Part shown: positions 1 to 13,707 of the stretch, piece by piece
Layout of the letters: each line of letters starts with the position of its first letter
How positions within the stretch are numbered: position 1 is the first letter of the stretch
Source of the DNA: Botryllus schlosseri
Lineage: Eukaryota
Length of the DNA stretch: 64,000 nucleotides
Assembly (NCBI GenBank): GCA_051294905.1
Contig: CM119371.1
Span: 5,644,001 to 5,708,000 of the forward strand
Direction: 5' to 3'
Translations under genes and position numbers: made by a program
The notes under the pieces: generated by a model
What the model was told of the DNA's origin: nothing
The model's database searches: none
Seen by the model: the letters and a program-made list of their open reading frames with translations, nothing else

Positions 1-344
1 ATCGCGTGCCTAGAAAGCCGAATTCAGCTTTGCACAATACGTTGATTGATCGCAGTGAAGAGTGTTGTAATGTTATTTCCGTTTATATTTTCTAAGGCTT
101 GAGCCTGCATCCTTGTTTCATCAATCAGTGTGTTGTATACCGGCGAGTAATAGACACGTACTCTGCAGTATGTCCGCCGTATACCATAAAACGTCAGAAC
201 AATGTGATAGTGTGATCGTGTGATAGTGTGCCGCGAACTATTTTTCATAAGGGTCAAGTTCAAATCAAAGTTCATGCCCATAAGCATGATTATGGCAAAT
301 GTCTGAAGGCCTGCACCGAACTTGGCTCATTTCTCACTCTACGG

Positions 345-1228
345 CAGTGGTTATCAAACTGGAGACATGCCCCTCTTGGGGAGGGTGAGAGCATCTGAAG
401 GGGGCGCGAAGATGCGGTCAACTAAACATATTTTTCGCGGTCGGTGCGATTTACTTCCAACGCAGAGTTATTACTCTGTGTATAGTCCTAATTTCATTTT
501 TAATTCTCTCATCAACAGTCATAAATAATTTTCCTTGCAGTCAAATCCTTGTAAAGTTGCATTCATTTTTCGTAAAATTTGCTGTAAATACTTGCATTTA
601 TTTTCCACAAAAGTTGCACCAAAAAGTTACATTTATGGACAAGTTCCTTGAAATTATTGGAGCATGAGATATGAGATACGCTAATCGATAAGTATGCATG
701 ACGTTGTAGTAAAACTCAGTGTTGGCGACTTCTCAAAATCAATAGCCTGAAATAATTGACCCAGGGAAAATATAAATTTCGGCGGTCTAGCCTGAATGTA
801 CGTCAAATCAGAAAGGACCTCAAATTTAAACGAGAGTGAAATAAATCAAGCAATCTATATGTATATAGTGCCAAATATTTTCAGTAAAAAGTTAGTTTCA
901 TGAAAAAGCGAAAAAAGTTGCATGAAAAATCGAAAGAGTTCCAAAAAAGCTGCGTGAAAAAAATGGAGAAAAGTTGCAAAGAGTGGCAATATTAGAGTCC
1001 CCAAACAGCCTAAAACACCATACTACATAACTTATAAGTATTTAGGAAGCTGCCGGAAGCTGTAAAAAGAGTTGCGAAAACTTGCCCTAGTCATAACTTT
1101 CCACCGCATCAAACTACCAGTTGAGATTGCTAGCATTCTGGTTGCATTTTGTGATATGACGGTAAGAGGGCGCAATATTTTTCACTATCATAAAGGGAAG
1201 GGTGTCTAAAAAAGTTTGAGAACCACTG
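345..1228. mobile_element. hAT (Buster/Charlie-like) MITE, family B
   Basis: Termini CAGTGGTTATCAAACT / AGTTTGAGAACCACTG; 8-bp TSD CTCTACGG/CTCTATGG; related pieces at 8978-9283, 11535-11678, 14354-14605. Confidence 0.85.
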
Positions 1229-1350
1229 CTCTATGGGTTCTCCTGTAGCATTTTCAGAAGAGAAGAAGTTAGATTAGCATCAAAATGAGAGAATCGAAAC
1301 ATTACACAAATTAGACTAAAGTTCTATTGATGGCATTACCGTCTAATTAG

Positions 1351-1925
1351 CAGAGTTGTAACCAAGTCAAAAGGCTCCAAGTCACAAGTCAATCTCACTT
1401 TTATTGTTTTAACTCGAGTCAAGTCGAATCATTTTCAATTCAACAACGGAGTCAAGTTCGAGTCCAAGTCAGTGAGCAGAGGGTCGAGTCCGAGTCATAT
1501 TATTATGACTCGAGTCCTAGTCCAAGTAATTGTGTTAACTGCCCAGTTTCCAGTTAAAGTCTTGTTAACCCCACGTTTTATAACTTTTTTTCATGATAAC
1601 GAATGGTTCCCATTTACAATATATTAATTTTCCTCACTTTTAGCAGTTTCTGGTCGCGTTTTAAAGTAACAGTACCAATAGACGAAGTCCAAATAATGTG
1701 GTTACTTCAGTATTCGTCGAAATTATAATGAAATGTCGGTCTTGGCCGTCTTAATCTCGAGTCATATGACTTGGTTCGAGTCATGCGCAATGACTCGAGT
1801 CCAAGTCGATTCAATACACGGATTTAGTCGAGTCGAGTCGAGTCGAGTCCTTTCCGTACTCTCAGAAAATGACTCGAGTCTAATCGAGTCATCAGAAAAT
1901 CGTGACTCGAGTCATTACAACCCTG
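1351..1925. mobile_element. hAT-type MITE with GACTCGAGTC subterminal repeats
   Basis: TIR CAGAGTTGTAA / TTACAACCCTG; TSD CTAATTAG/CTAATTAA; partial copy ~17870-18109. Confidence 0.85.
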
Positions 1926-2487
1926 CTAATTAATCTACTCAGACAACTAGAATGATCTAGTTGCCCAACTCTGTTGTAGCGCTAGTAATCAAGCAGTCGC
2001 TCAAGTAGTCCGACCTCATAAGTTGACGTTACGACTCGCTGTGAATTCATATGCATTTCAATTCATCATTTTAGCAAAAATGGTCTTGTCAGCATGAAAA
2101 ATTCCATCAAATGGTCATAGCCCTCAAAACTATACAGGTTGATAATAAGGAGCTGTTTGTATTCCTAGAGAAATTCTGCTTACAATAATAGCTGATTGCG
2201 TTAATCGCAACAAATTCAATCACCCGCGAACACTGTTGGGATCAAGTCACTACCTCCGAGTCACAAGCCATATCGATACATTGCACATTTGACTCGAGTC
2301 AAGTCTTTTGATCTTTGGAGGTGACTCGAGTCTAGTCAAATTGTCTTTTCAAAGTATGAGGTTTGATTAATTCATTGCATTATAACCGTCGACGACCGCA
2401 TATAGAATCGAATTGACAAGCATGTATAGTATAGCTCAAGCATGCGTAGAATTGCTAAACTACGTAATTGCTCTGTATATTGTATAC

Positions 2488-5400
2488 CAGTGCTTTTCAA
2501 CCTGTGTGACGGTTCGCACTTGTGCGAATGAACAAAATTGCACTGCGAATGACGACGGTGGTGCGAACGGTGCGAATGAAAATCCCGGATGAGTGCGAAT
2601 GAAAATCGCGAACAATAATTGTTAATTTTTCTGACCTGGAATAATTCAAATAAACCTAATTGGAAATTCAAGGGCAGTACAAATTTTGTTGTTGCGACGC
2701 AATTGTAAAAACTTGTTTAACTGACGACACACTACTAACTGCAGCTCTCAGAAGCCGCAGTGAATTAATATTTTCGCATTATAATTATTACGTAACCAAA
2801 AGCCTGGTTTTGAAGCTTGTGTAGTGGCAGACATACAGTATATCAGCCCGTCCGAGCCTGCGACAGGCTGAAAAAATGACGTCAAATTGATTTACTGCTT
2901 TCTTTCGCTAAACAATCTTTCGTAAAAACTGTTCGATTAGTGCGTGGCACGAGGTTAGTAGCATACTAAATACCATCGTTGCTGACTTGCATTTCTAAGT
3001 TATTGTAACGCAAATTTTTACCCCTTAAAGGGCTGTTAAAGTATGGACCGCAAAGGGCATAATTTTGGGTCGACACGGTGCCAGAGCTATATGTTAATAT
3101 GTATTAATATTTGCTGAATTTATAAAAAAAAATCCTGCGACAGTTTTTATAAATCCAACATCACGGTGTTGGATAGCCTACTGTAGCCAATAAGCGAGAC
3201 ACGCAGAAAATATAACTTTGTCATGAGAAGATTTGCCCCACTGCAACGAGCGAGTTCAGGTCTATGAGACTCATTCATTTCGAGACAAACCCTTTCGGCG
3301 TCGGGGCAAATGACGACGCAAAGCTCTGACCAACAAACCGCTGATATAAATGCGGTGCCAAAACATAAGCGTCGACAAAACCTTGGCCGAAAATGACCGA
3401 TGTTGGATGGCTAAACGAATCTATATGGATATGCTCCGTTGTCGGCACGGAATAGTCCCGTTCTTGCAATCTGAGTAGACTGCAGTAGTACAACAACTGC
3501 GACACACAGAGGAATTTAATTCACCCTAATTTGAGATCGCGTGCGTCAGACGTATTTTGTAGAGCTGCGTGGTGGATAGAATTGTGGTGTGCGCGTTCTG
3601 TATGTCATCCATGCCCGTATACTACTGTAAGATTGAGAATGAATCCCTTTTCATTAGCGAGGCTCTGGTTGCGAGATGCAACAAAAACTCAGATTTTGTT
3701 TTTTAGTCTAAAGTGCTGCTGTGACGTTATTAGACTGTTATGGATTCTCAAGTTAGATTTAGCTAAAGAACAGAACACAGGGTATCGTGCGTTTTTTTGC
3801 TCTTCCCACATACTCGCGAGACAGAAATGGAAAATCGAAAAAAAGTTGGGACAACTTATCATAAGGTATCGATCTCTAATGTTCCCACTCTTCTTCATCG
3901 TTTAGACCAGGGGTCTCAAACACGCGGCCCACCAGAGCATTTTGTGTGGCCCGCAGCGACATTTTTGATTTTCATTAATTTGACAATATCTAAGTGTCAC
4001 ATATCTTTTCAGGTTATAAAGTGTAAATTCCCTCTAAGATTGCTCTGAAAGCCTGAAACTATTCATCAAACTTCACTATCACATCGATTGCAAACGCTAC
4101 CATGCAGTGTAAGATTCACTATTTCGCCTCATTTTCACTTCACGATGCTAAAACCTGACACTTAGACGATTCGTGACTGAAATTGTGAGTTGTATTTGGA
4201 CGCGACCTTCCTTAAAATTACTCGAACTCGGGCTGATTCGATGGAAAAATGAAAATGACTCGAGTGGACTCGGAGTGACTCGAAATGCCGTGAATTTGTT
4301 TGAACCATGAACACAACAAACTAATCGGGAATAAATAAATCAGAAGGTCCCAGTTTGGTATTTCGCTAACTATAAGCAAGTAGTTATGGCAACCAGTGGA
4401 AATCTATTAGTTACATATTAGGTCGCTTAGTCGCTGAACCATGTTATAAGGCCACTTCAAGGTACCGAGTACCGTAGTAGTACGCTCCAACGATGGGTCG
4501 TTCGGCGTTCCGACATTTCTATTGCTAGGACGAATTCATTATTATATTGATGTTATATTTATATATTTTTCCGCTCCTATTTTCGAAGATATTTGACCAT
4601 GAAATTAATAGCCTACTTATCAGGAGGATACCCGAATCCTGGATTGGAATTACACTGCCCAACCCAAAAATTTTGTGATATCAGATCAGTCTCTATTATC
4701 TCTCTGTTAAATTCGAAATATCAAAAGGCGATAACTTTAATGATGACATCATACATTTGTCCGCTCATATTGCGTCTATATTTTATAATTATTATATATC
4801 AAGTACAACATGAATTCTATTCAAATAGTTATGAATGTGATGATTTTTTTTCCTGCCGGGCCTAAATTGATACAAGAGTAAATCACATTTTGACGATGTG
4901 TGTTTATTGTCAGCCTGTTGGATCGGCTCACTTTCAATAGGACAATTCCATCCCGTCAAAAAAGGCCTAATTGGAAAAACATATAATACCCCTATATATG
5001 CTGCGGAAATCTGGAAAACTGGAAAACTGGAAAACTGGAAAACTGGCCCGCGAGGACATTTGAGTTCGAGACCTCAGGTTTAGACCTTATTTTACAAGAC
5101 GTAAGGCAAAAGCCTCAACACAAACAAGTGGGCTTTTCATCCTTTCGACATGGAGCCTTTTAAACCTTTTTGTAAGCTCTCAAAATCGATTTCTTCTAGC
5201 AAGCATTTTTCACTCGTCAAAAAATACGTTGTATTTGGGATAGGAGTGCAGAATAGATTTTAAGACCTGGCCATCCAAGCAATTATAGACGTTCTTGTAC
5301 AAAACCCAACAACTTGTTTTGCCGAGAAAGATTTTAGTGAAATTGTTGAAAATAGTAGACTTTTTAATGAGACATCTGATAGCTTAAGATACATAGTAGC

Positions 5401-5530
5401 CAATTTGTTGCAAATCTGAACGTTGTATTTTCATCTTCTTTTTGTATGACAATTTTCGGTTAGTTTGAGCGAATGAAATTTATTTAACAGAAAAAGTGCG
5501 AATGAAGCTCACAAAGAATGAAAAGTACTG
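2488..5530 (+). mobile_element. Decayed hAT (Buster-like) element with transposase C-terminal remnant
   Basis: TIR CAGTGCTTTTCA / TGAAAAGTACTG; TSD TTGTATAC both sides; ~5265-5350 reads DLAIQAIIDVLVQNPTTCFAEKDFSEIV, resembling the hAT dimerisation motif TTYxCExxFS. Confidence 0.75.
3908..5077. mobile_element. hAT (Charlie-like) MITE
   Basis: CAGGGGTCTCAAAC ... GTTCGAGACCTCAG; perfect TSD GTTTAGAC; same family inverted at 38221-40044. Confidence 0.85.
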
Positions 5531-6171
5531 TTGTATACCATCCGTCTATAATCATACGCCAAAATAGAGAATATAATACGAAACTTCAGATAGTTGAAAC
5601 CGATTGATATGATGCAATACCCAATTAGATATCCATAGGATACAATTTAAGCCTGCACCAATGGTTGACGAGTAATAGAACCTATATTCGAATTCAACTT
5701 AAATCATGCAAGAGGCTTTGGCTAAGGTGACCAACGGACACCAATGACCAGTTTAGAGAACAGAGATGGATACTTTGCTATTACAATACTTTCCTATAGT
5801 AATATAGTGCGACTATGCTACTAATACTACAACTATTGTTCGCTGTAAGCTCCAGTCACTTCGTTTGTGGTCAATTTATTGGTGAAAGAACAATAGAGGT
5901 TTGGTAAAACTATAGATAACTAACGCACGGATAGATGCGCAACACCCGTCGTCACCCTTGCTTGCCCGGATGGAATTACTGCTCAGCAATATGAACGCAG
6001 CATAATTGCTAATGCCATAGCTGACGACCCGCGTGCTGAAATTCAATAAAGTTGATCTTGTTTGAAAGCTACTGTCGCACTGATTCCGTAAATGTGCAAT
6101 AAAATCTAATCAGGGCAATGGAACCCTCTTTATATACACCTCAAAGTCTGAAAATCGGCATTGTTCTAAGC

Positions 6172-8091
6172 CAGTGGTTCTCAACCTTTTTTCCTCCAGC
6201 GCCCCCTTTCAAAAATTATCGTGCTCCAGCGCCCCCCACCTCATATTGTAGGGACTGTAATAAAGACAATGGGAGAGAAGGAGGGCCGTAACAACACTTC
6301 GTCAGCCCTCCTAAAAACGATTGTCTTGGGCACCCATAGCGTGATAAACCAAATTCGTGAGGGCGTCGCCCCCAAGAACCCCGTCGCGTGATTTCGATGA
6401 TTTTTTTTATGATGCATGAATTAAATAGGTTGTAATTTCATAAAAATGTCACTATATACTTTTTATCCTCTCAGCCCACACAATCAGATTTACCAGTAGC
6501 GCTAAGTGAGCTGTTGTATTGGAAAAGGAAGGCCACGTAATCAATAATTGAACATATTCGGGCGTGCCCGTTGGTACAATTAAATCGTTACATGTTATTT
6601 TGTTACCTCTTGTCCGCTATATAGTCAAAAGATATTGAAACGCATAAACGTTTAACTAAAGTAACACACGATTCAAAATTGGTATTTCGTCACAGGCAAA
6701 TAATTATTTGTGATGGATGTTATTTGTCCTGCAGGGTCTAGATTGCGACGACATGATAATTCTGCACGAGCGATTTAATCACCTGTAGACGATTAGACTT
6801 ATATACATCGTAGTTTACGCTCAACATAAGGGCAATCCTCTTCGGCTGAAGTTTTCTCGCTGACCATCTTTTTGACACACTTCTCGGAGTCCCATATTCA
6901 CCGGAACTTCATATGTCTTCGTGCATCGTGGCGTGGTAATGGCCGACGCTGAAATGCCTATTTCTATTTTCTATGGCTATTCGTATTCTTCCGTAGGGAA
7001 GTCATCATAGCATGATGTTTAATTTTTGTTCATTGACCGAAATAACTTAAGGCACCCTTCGAGCTAACCGATTGGGGGTTTGGGTTTAAAGCAGTTTCGA
7101 TCTTAGTAATAGGTCAAAGTTCAGTCGGTATTTTGGAGACTTTGGTATTGGAAATATTAAATCGCGCTCGAGGACCATTCGACTATATTAAACCGTATAA
7201 TAATAGTGTGTGGTATATTCAGGGTCAAACCAAGGTTCTTATAACAACAATTGGGTACGGTTTCATACCCTGTGGTTCGGACCCTCCCGAATTCACATCG
7301 GCGATTAGCAATACGGGGAAATTATTGATATTGGATTTTCTCTTAGTGCTTTGTCAACTGAGAATGGGATGCATACATCTGCTCACATTGAATTTAGTAC
7401 TGTACCCAGTTATTTATTTCAACATGAATGTATTCCAAACACAGCAACTCATATTATATAACGTTCATGTGAGGTTGTGAACCACATCACGTGATAGTAT
7501 CATCTTTTATGATACGATGAAGAAATATTCTGACGATTTAATTTTGTAGCTCTCAAATACAAGTGTATTTAGTTATTCAGTTCGTGCACAAAGCTTCAAA
7601 ACTTATTTTATGCAGGAGGGGCTCTCACTCACAATCAAAAGTGATATACAGTGCCTCCTTCTTCGATTTTCACACGCTGAGCACCGCCGGATATAATACC
7701 TAATTCGAAACATTTAGTTGAAAATAACCCTAGCAAACGTGACGGCAGTGTTTTAAATAACGGGGGACTGGCGATCTAAAAGTACGCGCAATTCGTTTTT
7801 TATGAATTATTATAACACACTACATTTATGAAAACATATGTAGCAAACATCATCGTGCAGCGCGACCAAAAATTTGATTTGACATGTTTTGTGGAATGTT
7901 AGTTCGTTCTGAATACTCGTTAAGGATATGACCTACTACCATATTATCTACTGCGAAGCCGTGTTTCATCAGCGCCCCCTTATCGCCCCCCTGAGCCCAG
8001 CGCCCTCCATATCGCCCCCTGATAATTTCCGCCCCCTTCAAAATCGCCAGCGCCCCTTGGGGGCCGCTGGAGGCAAGGTTAAGAACCACTG
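6172..8091. mobile_element. hAT (Charlie-like) non-autonomous element
   Basis: CAGTGGTTCTCAACC / GGTTAAGAACCACTG; TSD TTCTAAGC/TTCTAAAC; CGCCCC subterminal repeats. Confidence 0.8.
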
Positions 8092-8315
8092 TTCTAAACG
8101 ATCGCAGCGACGCAACATAATCACCATAACAATGGCCCTTGGTTGCGATTGTTCAGAACGATGTCGATTTTCAGACTTTGAGGTGTATGTCAAGGGGGTT
8201 CCATTGTCGTAATAAGATTTTAATGTATATTTACGGAATCAGTGAGACAGTAGCTTTCAAATAAGATCAATTTTATTGCATTTAAGCACGCGGGTCGTCA
8301 GCTATGGTACCAGCA

Positions 8316-9390
8316 CAGGGATAGGCAAACTTTTGAGCTCGCGGGCCGCATTCAACATCTGAATCCATTCGCGGGCCGCACGGTATAAAATGGGACTATA
8401 AACCAAAACGCAATATTGGTATTTGATTAAATAGTGAGGACATGGAGATAATATATGTGATATCGTACACGCGTCAGAAAGATAGTGGCGAGATTTCATA
8501 GTTTGGTCGAGCTCAATAACCAATTTGTCAAAACTATATAGAGATGAAAGTCGGTTGTCCCGATTCTTAGAACAGGATTGAAATTTAAATCTGTGAGCAG
8601 CGATCTGTTCATAGATTTACTAATTTCACTTTTGGTTCAGTTCCAGGACACACAATGCTCAAAGAATCATAACCATGGTAGCTTCAAACACGCTTTTACT
8701 ATGTGTAGATAAAATAGGAATGCCTCAATTCTACGCATACAGAGAACGAATCTACCTAAGATACGCGCGAATCGTTTTTTATAAGCACATCACCAAAATA
8801 AATAAAACTGGAGTGGCCAATCTGAAATCCTACTCGTGATCCGAATTATGTCAATCTCGTTTAGGATATCTGTGATGTTTAGCAGTTGAAACCTTTCAAA
8901 CTGTGTGGGCCTTGAGATCAAGCTGTCACGCCAGAAAGTAAACATTAAAAATAATAGAGGAAGTATTTACCTTAGAACAGTGGTTCTCAAAATTATTAGG
9001 ATACGCCCCCTCCCCTTTATAATGATGAAAGATTTCGCGACCCCTTACCGTCATATCACAAAACGCAACAAGGTTGCTAGCAAGCCTAACGGATAGTTTG
9101 ATGGCATGGAAGGTTACGACTATGGATGAGAGATTTTTAAATGTGAAATTCAAACTAAATACAGAGCAAGAATCACGAAATTGTTGGTAAATCGCGCGGA
9201 GCGCGAACGTTTTTTTTTTCAGTTGAGCTTAGCTTCGCGCCCCACTTCTGATGCTTTTACGCTCCCAAGTTTGAGAACCACTGCATTTTATCAATATTTA
9301 AAAAAAAAACTTTCTTTAGACTCTCGCGGGCCGCACAGAACGGTGTTGCGGGCCGCATGCGGCCCGTGGGCCGTAGTTTGCCCACCCTTG
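8316..9390. mobile_element. hAT MITE family C containing a family-B insert
   Basis: CAGGGATAGGCAAAC / GTTTGCCCACCCTTG; TSD TACCAGCA/TACTAGCA; inverted copy at 14209-15044. Confidence 0.85.
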
Positions 9391-11085
9391 TACTAGCAGT
9401 TATGCTGCGCTCAGATTGCTGAGCAGTAATTCCTTCCGGGCAAGCAAGCGTGACGACGGGTGTTGCGTATCCATCCGCAGGTTAGTTATCTATAGTAAAA
9501 CGCAAAATCATTGAATGAATGAAATTGGTCACGAGAGCGTATCGACAACAATCCGAAGATATGAGAGATACGGCGAATTTTGTCGACACCAATTGCCTTT
9601 TATGACTTGAAATTGGCTCGTAAATTTTGCTCCGAATCACGAGTCAATCCACATTTCTGAAACGCCAGGTCAAGTAATTTTTGCAAAGTGATTCGAGTCA
9701 AGTCAAGTCATACGAAAAATGAGACTCGAGTCATCCCAAGACTGCCCGCGAATAGCAGTTTGATCTCACTGTTCGTATCAGAGGGTGCATGATAACTTTA
9801 AAATATTTCAGTCCTGTTCGCTCACTACTCGACTCAAATAATTGCAATTGGTGCAGAATTCAGATTTCAGTACTCGAGTGATTGTGGCCAGCCGCCGCAC
9901 TAGTGACATATTAGCTGGGAAAACATCACACAATAGAACACTGGTATCACGATTTATGTTTAAAAATGACAACACATGTGTCTAGTTTTGGTTCAAGTCA
10001 TATGTTAGCAGCTTTCCTTTTTTTAAATGCACAACCAGAACTAGAACTGCTCACTATTCAAAATCTCTAACTTGAACTACTTGAAACGGTAACGAGTTGA
10101 CCATCGACTAACTAGATTGGTAGTTCGTACAATTCAGCTCTCTTGAGGCATGCCTGAAACACAATCTTAGAGTGGCGAACTTAACAAATTAGCAATGAGA
10201 GTAAGGCATGATTCGTTACATGTAGATGTCATAGGCAAGATTCTGTACTTCTGGCTGCTTGAATCGTACAAGGCATTATTTTTACAATACAAAACACACC
10301 ACATACAAAGCTATCTGCATGAGACTGACTAGTAGTGTCGACAATTTCCCAAAATACCACTTAGCAATATCTGTGCTACTGTTATTACTGCACGCGCGCT
10401 TTTGTATCACTTTCGGAAGTGCCGCATATCGATTTTACAATCCATCACGGGCTACAGACAGACACACCTCTGCCACACCCGATGACTGGGTAAACCAGCA
10501 CCATGATTGGTGATTGACCACGATATCAATAATCAATTATCGTCGGATTATATTTTCATCTGATCAAGATACACACAATGTAAAATGCGAAAAGACACAA
10601 TGCGATGTAATGAACCGGTAGGAGGATGCCGATCCACCAGTTGCGGTTGCAGTAGCAGTCTCTTAAACTGGCATCGACCTCGGCCTACAGCCCGATTTCA
10701 CAGTTTCTTTTTGATGTTAGTCTTTATTCCGCGGCTCTTTATAGCTATCCCCATTCCTTGTGACTGCGCTCTTTCATCGGGTCTTTTTCTGGGATTTTTT
10801 TGTCGCCGTAAGAACAGCAGATACGACTTGGAGTCTTTGAAATCAGACACCCAGATGCGCCAGCCGAAGGTCGACGAGCATGTCCACATTCAAGTGGCAT
10901 ACAATATACATGAAATTACTACTAAATAAATACTAGTCCATCCTCAAGATTACTGGACCACGACCTGACCTATCGATCTCGCCATCCATTACATGCCACC
11001 CCATTTCTTCTCGCATGCTTTTTCTATACTATATTCTTTTACTTCCATTCAGACTGTTCATGCCTCCTCTATACATCGCCTAGGC

Positions 11086-12850
11086 CAGGGCCGGGAACAT
11101 ACGGCCCGTGGGCAGCTTTCTGTATTACAAAATAACCGCCGATCAGTGTGCCGAGATTCCCCACTGCTTGCTCACTACGTCACATTTTAGTGACTGTATG
11201 TTATTCGTGTGTATGCGAACTGCGCAGCGTGCGAGAGTGGAGCTTACGGGTAAGTTCGACGAAGTAAGAAGACTTACATTGTCAGCATTTACTATGTAGG
11301 CTACTTGACCACAATGTGGTTTGTGGTTATCATGGTGTTTGTCGAATGCAATGGTCATTTACAACAGGCCTATATTTCTTATTTTTGATTCCGTAACCGC
11401 CAACTGGTATAGCAGTACGGCACACTCCCAGACTCCTGTGAGACGCCGTTAATAATGTGGAGAATGTAAGCTTTGTCGGATAGCCTGCTAGAGCCGTAAG
11501 CGAATTTCATATTCGAGAATTCTCTTATCAATAGCCATAACTTTCAATGCCATCAAACTATCCGTTGGGATGCCTAGCATTCTGATCCACCTCTTTAATA
11601 CTTGTGATATCACGATATGGGGCGCGGAATTTTTCACTATCAAAAAGGGGTGCGTGTTCAAAAAAGTTTGAGAACCACCAGTGTTGGGATCAAGTCACTA
11701 CCTTCGAGTCACGAGTCATTTCGAGTCATTGCACATTTTGACTCGAGTCAAGTCAAGTCAATCGATTTTCAAAGATGACTAGATTCAAGTCAAGTCACTC
11801 GATTTTTGAAGGTGACTCGAGTCAAGTCAAGTCAAGTCAAGTCAAGTCTCGAGTCAAGTCACAATTCAAGTCAAGTTGTCTTTTCGAAGTATGAGACATG
11901 ATAACGTCATTGCATTTTGCTGGTTGTCTGAAACACAGATGATTGAGTGGTCATTGATTTTGAACTGATGAACGAACATAGAGTTAAATGTGTACTCAAG
12001 AAGGCGCTGTATAGCTCACATATAAGTAGAACTGCTAAACCGCAGTTTATAGTTATCTAGCAAAGATAGATTATAGATACGAAATGATAAGACGCAATAC
12101 ATTACGCATTTACAAATCGATATGATACAATTCGAGCTTGCGCCAATGGTTAGGGACTATATAAACTATATTCGAATTCAGTTTCAATAAAACAATAGGT
12201 TTGGTTAAGGTAAAAAGAGAGAACAGAATTTACTTTACTACACCAGCTTACGACAACGTAAGCTGTAATGCTTCGATCACTACGTTTGCGGTCAATTTAT
12301 TTGTGACAGAACGATGGAGGCTCAGTAAAACGCACGATCATTTAATGATTGGTCGCTCCCACAGGTTACACCAGCGTTTGGCGAACAATCCGAACATATC
12401 CAAGATACAGTTATTTTGATCGACACCGATTACTTGATGACTTGAAATTGACTCGTGAATTTTGTTCTGAGTCACGAGTCAATCCACATTTCTGATAGGC
12501 CGAGTCAAGTCAAGTCAAGTCATTTTAGAAAAGTCACTCGAGTCAAGTCAAGTCATACGAAAAAGGTGACTCGAGTCTGACTCGAGTCAAGTCATGACTC
12601 GAGTCATCCCAACACTGAGAATCACATGACAATGTTGTTCTCAAATCCACATTCTCTTCGTCTTTATCGGCGAGAAATTGCTTTGAAATAACATTGCTTC
12701 ATTAAAATACTGTCATTAAACACGAGTTATTCCATGTAGCCTATAATGAAAAAGTGAATGAATGGGCGAATAATCTATCGATACAGAAATCCGGCCCGCC
12801 AAGTACCTAATTTTATCCGGCCCGCCGACTGGATAATGTGCCCGCCCCTG
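11086..12850. mobile_element. hAT MITE with nested family B fragment and family A copy
   Basis: CAGGGCCGGGAACA / TGTGCCCGCCCCTG; perfect TSD GCCTAGGC. Confidence 0.8.
11679..12617. mobile_element. hAT-type MITE family A, uninterrupted copy
   Basis: Perfect TIR CAGTGTTGGGAT / ATCCCAACACTG; TSD AGAACCAC/AGAATCAC; (CAAGT)n and GACTCGAGTC subterminal repeats. Confidence 0.9.
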
Positions 12851-13707
12851 GCCTAGGCAAAATGTGGGTGTCTGATTCTATAGACCAGTGGTTCTCAACC
12901 GCCAGTCAGCGACGACATTTTTGCCGGTCCGCGAGGTAAATTAGGATTATATACCTAAATTTCAAGATGCAATGTGTTAAAGGCTTTACCACTCATCAAA
13001 TTGTAAACTGATTCAGAACTGCGTGAGGTAACATTAGGCCTCGAAACATGTTCGATTTGACTTGAAGTTCGAGATTGCTGGTGACGACATATACGAGCGG
13101 ACTCGTTAAACCGCTTAGTTTGCACGATCATTCGTTTTCAATTCATTCATTCTGTGGATGACCAGGTATCCGATGTTGCCTGCTGTTTTACTCTCGGCAT
13201 AGCAATTTTACTTGATTCAGCAGACACACTACCGTAAAATCACATGAATACCATCATTAACATATTTAATTACGAAAAAACCCTCGAAATGTCACTCTCT
13301 AGTACAGGGGTGGCCAACCTGCGGATGTAGCAGAAAATTTGTGAGGCCATCGACAGTCGACACGCATTTCAATGAGAACGTGTTGGCGGCCGTCGACAAG
13401 AAAATTGGATTTACGAATTGACTCCCGATTAAACCCGCGATTTAATGCGATTTCATTTTTCGATTTTAATATCATAGCACCCTTTGCAATCTGAGCCCCA
13501 CACTACAGATGTGAACATCAGAGGAAAATGGTGCGCCCGAACAACTTGGAATCGTGTGCTCCTGACGAGAGAAATTTGTTTCTGTCGCGTTTGGGCGATT
13601 TCAATATCTTTTTACTTTGACCGACAATCCTGATGGGAGGTCAAGTAATAACAGCAAAAAAGTCACTGTAATAGCAATTGGCCTACCAGAAGATGCATCA
13701 TCATTTA

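Larger units (their letters stand above)
5911..9494. mobile_element. Fold-back non-autonomous DNA transposon (long TIRs) with nested MITEs
   Basis: Arm 5911-~6170 is the reverse complement of ~8155-8315 + 9391-9494; ends TATAGATAACTAAC / GTTAGTTATCTATA; flanked by GTAAAAC direct repeat. Confidence 0.8.
2231..9744. mobile_element. hAT-type MITE family A, expanded to 7.5 kb by nested insertions
   Basis: Ends CACTGTTGGGATC / ATCCCAAGACTG; perfect TSD CCCGCGAA (2223-2230, 9745-9752); pieces are collinear with the uninterrupted copy 11679-12617. Confidence 0.85.
10860..12887 (+). mobile_element. 3' fragment of CR1/L2-like LINE (family 2), split by MITE insertion
   Basis: 10860-11085 and 12851-12887 match the reverse complement of 25230-25470 (GTCGACGAGCATGTCCACATTCAAGT; GGGTGTCTGATTC). 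Confidence 0.6.
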
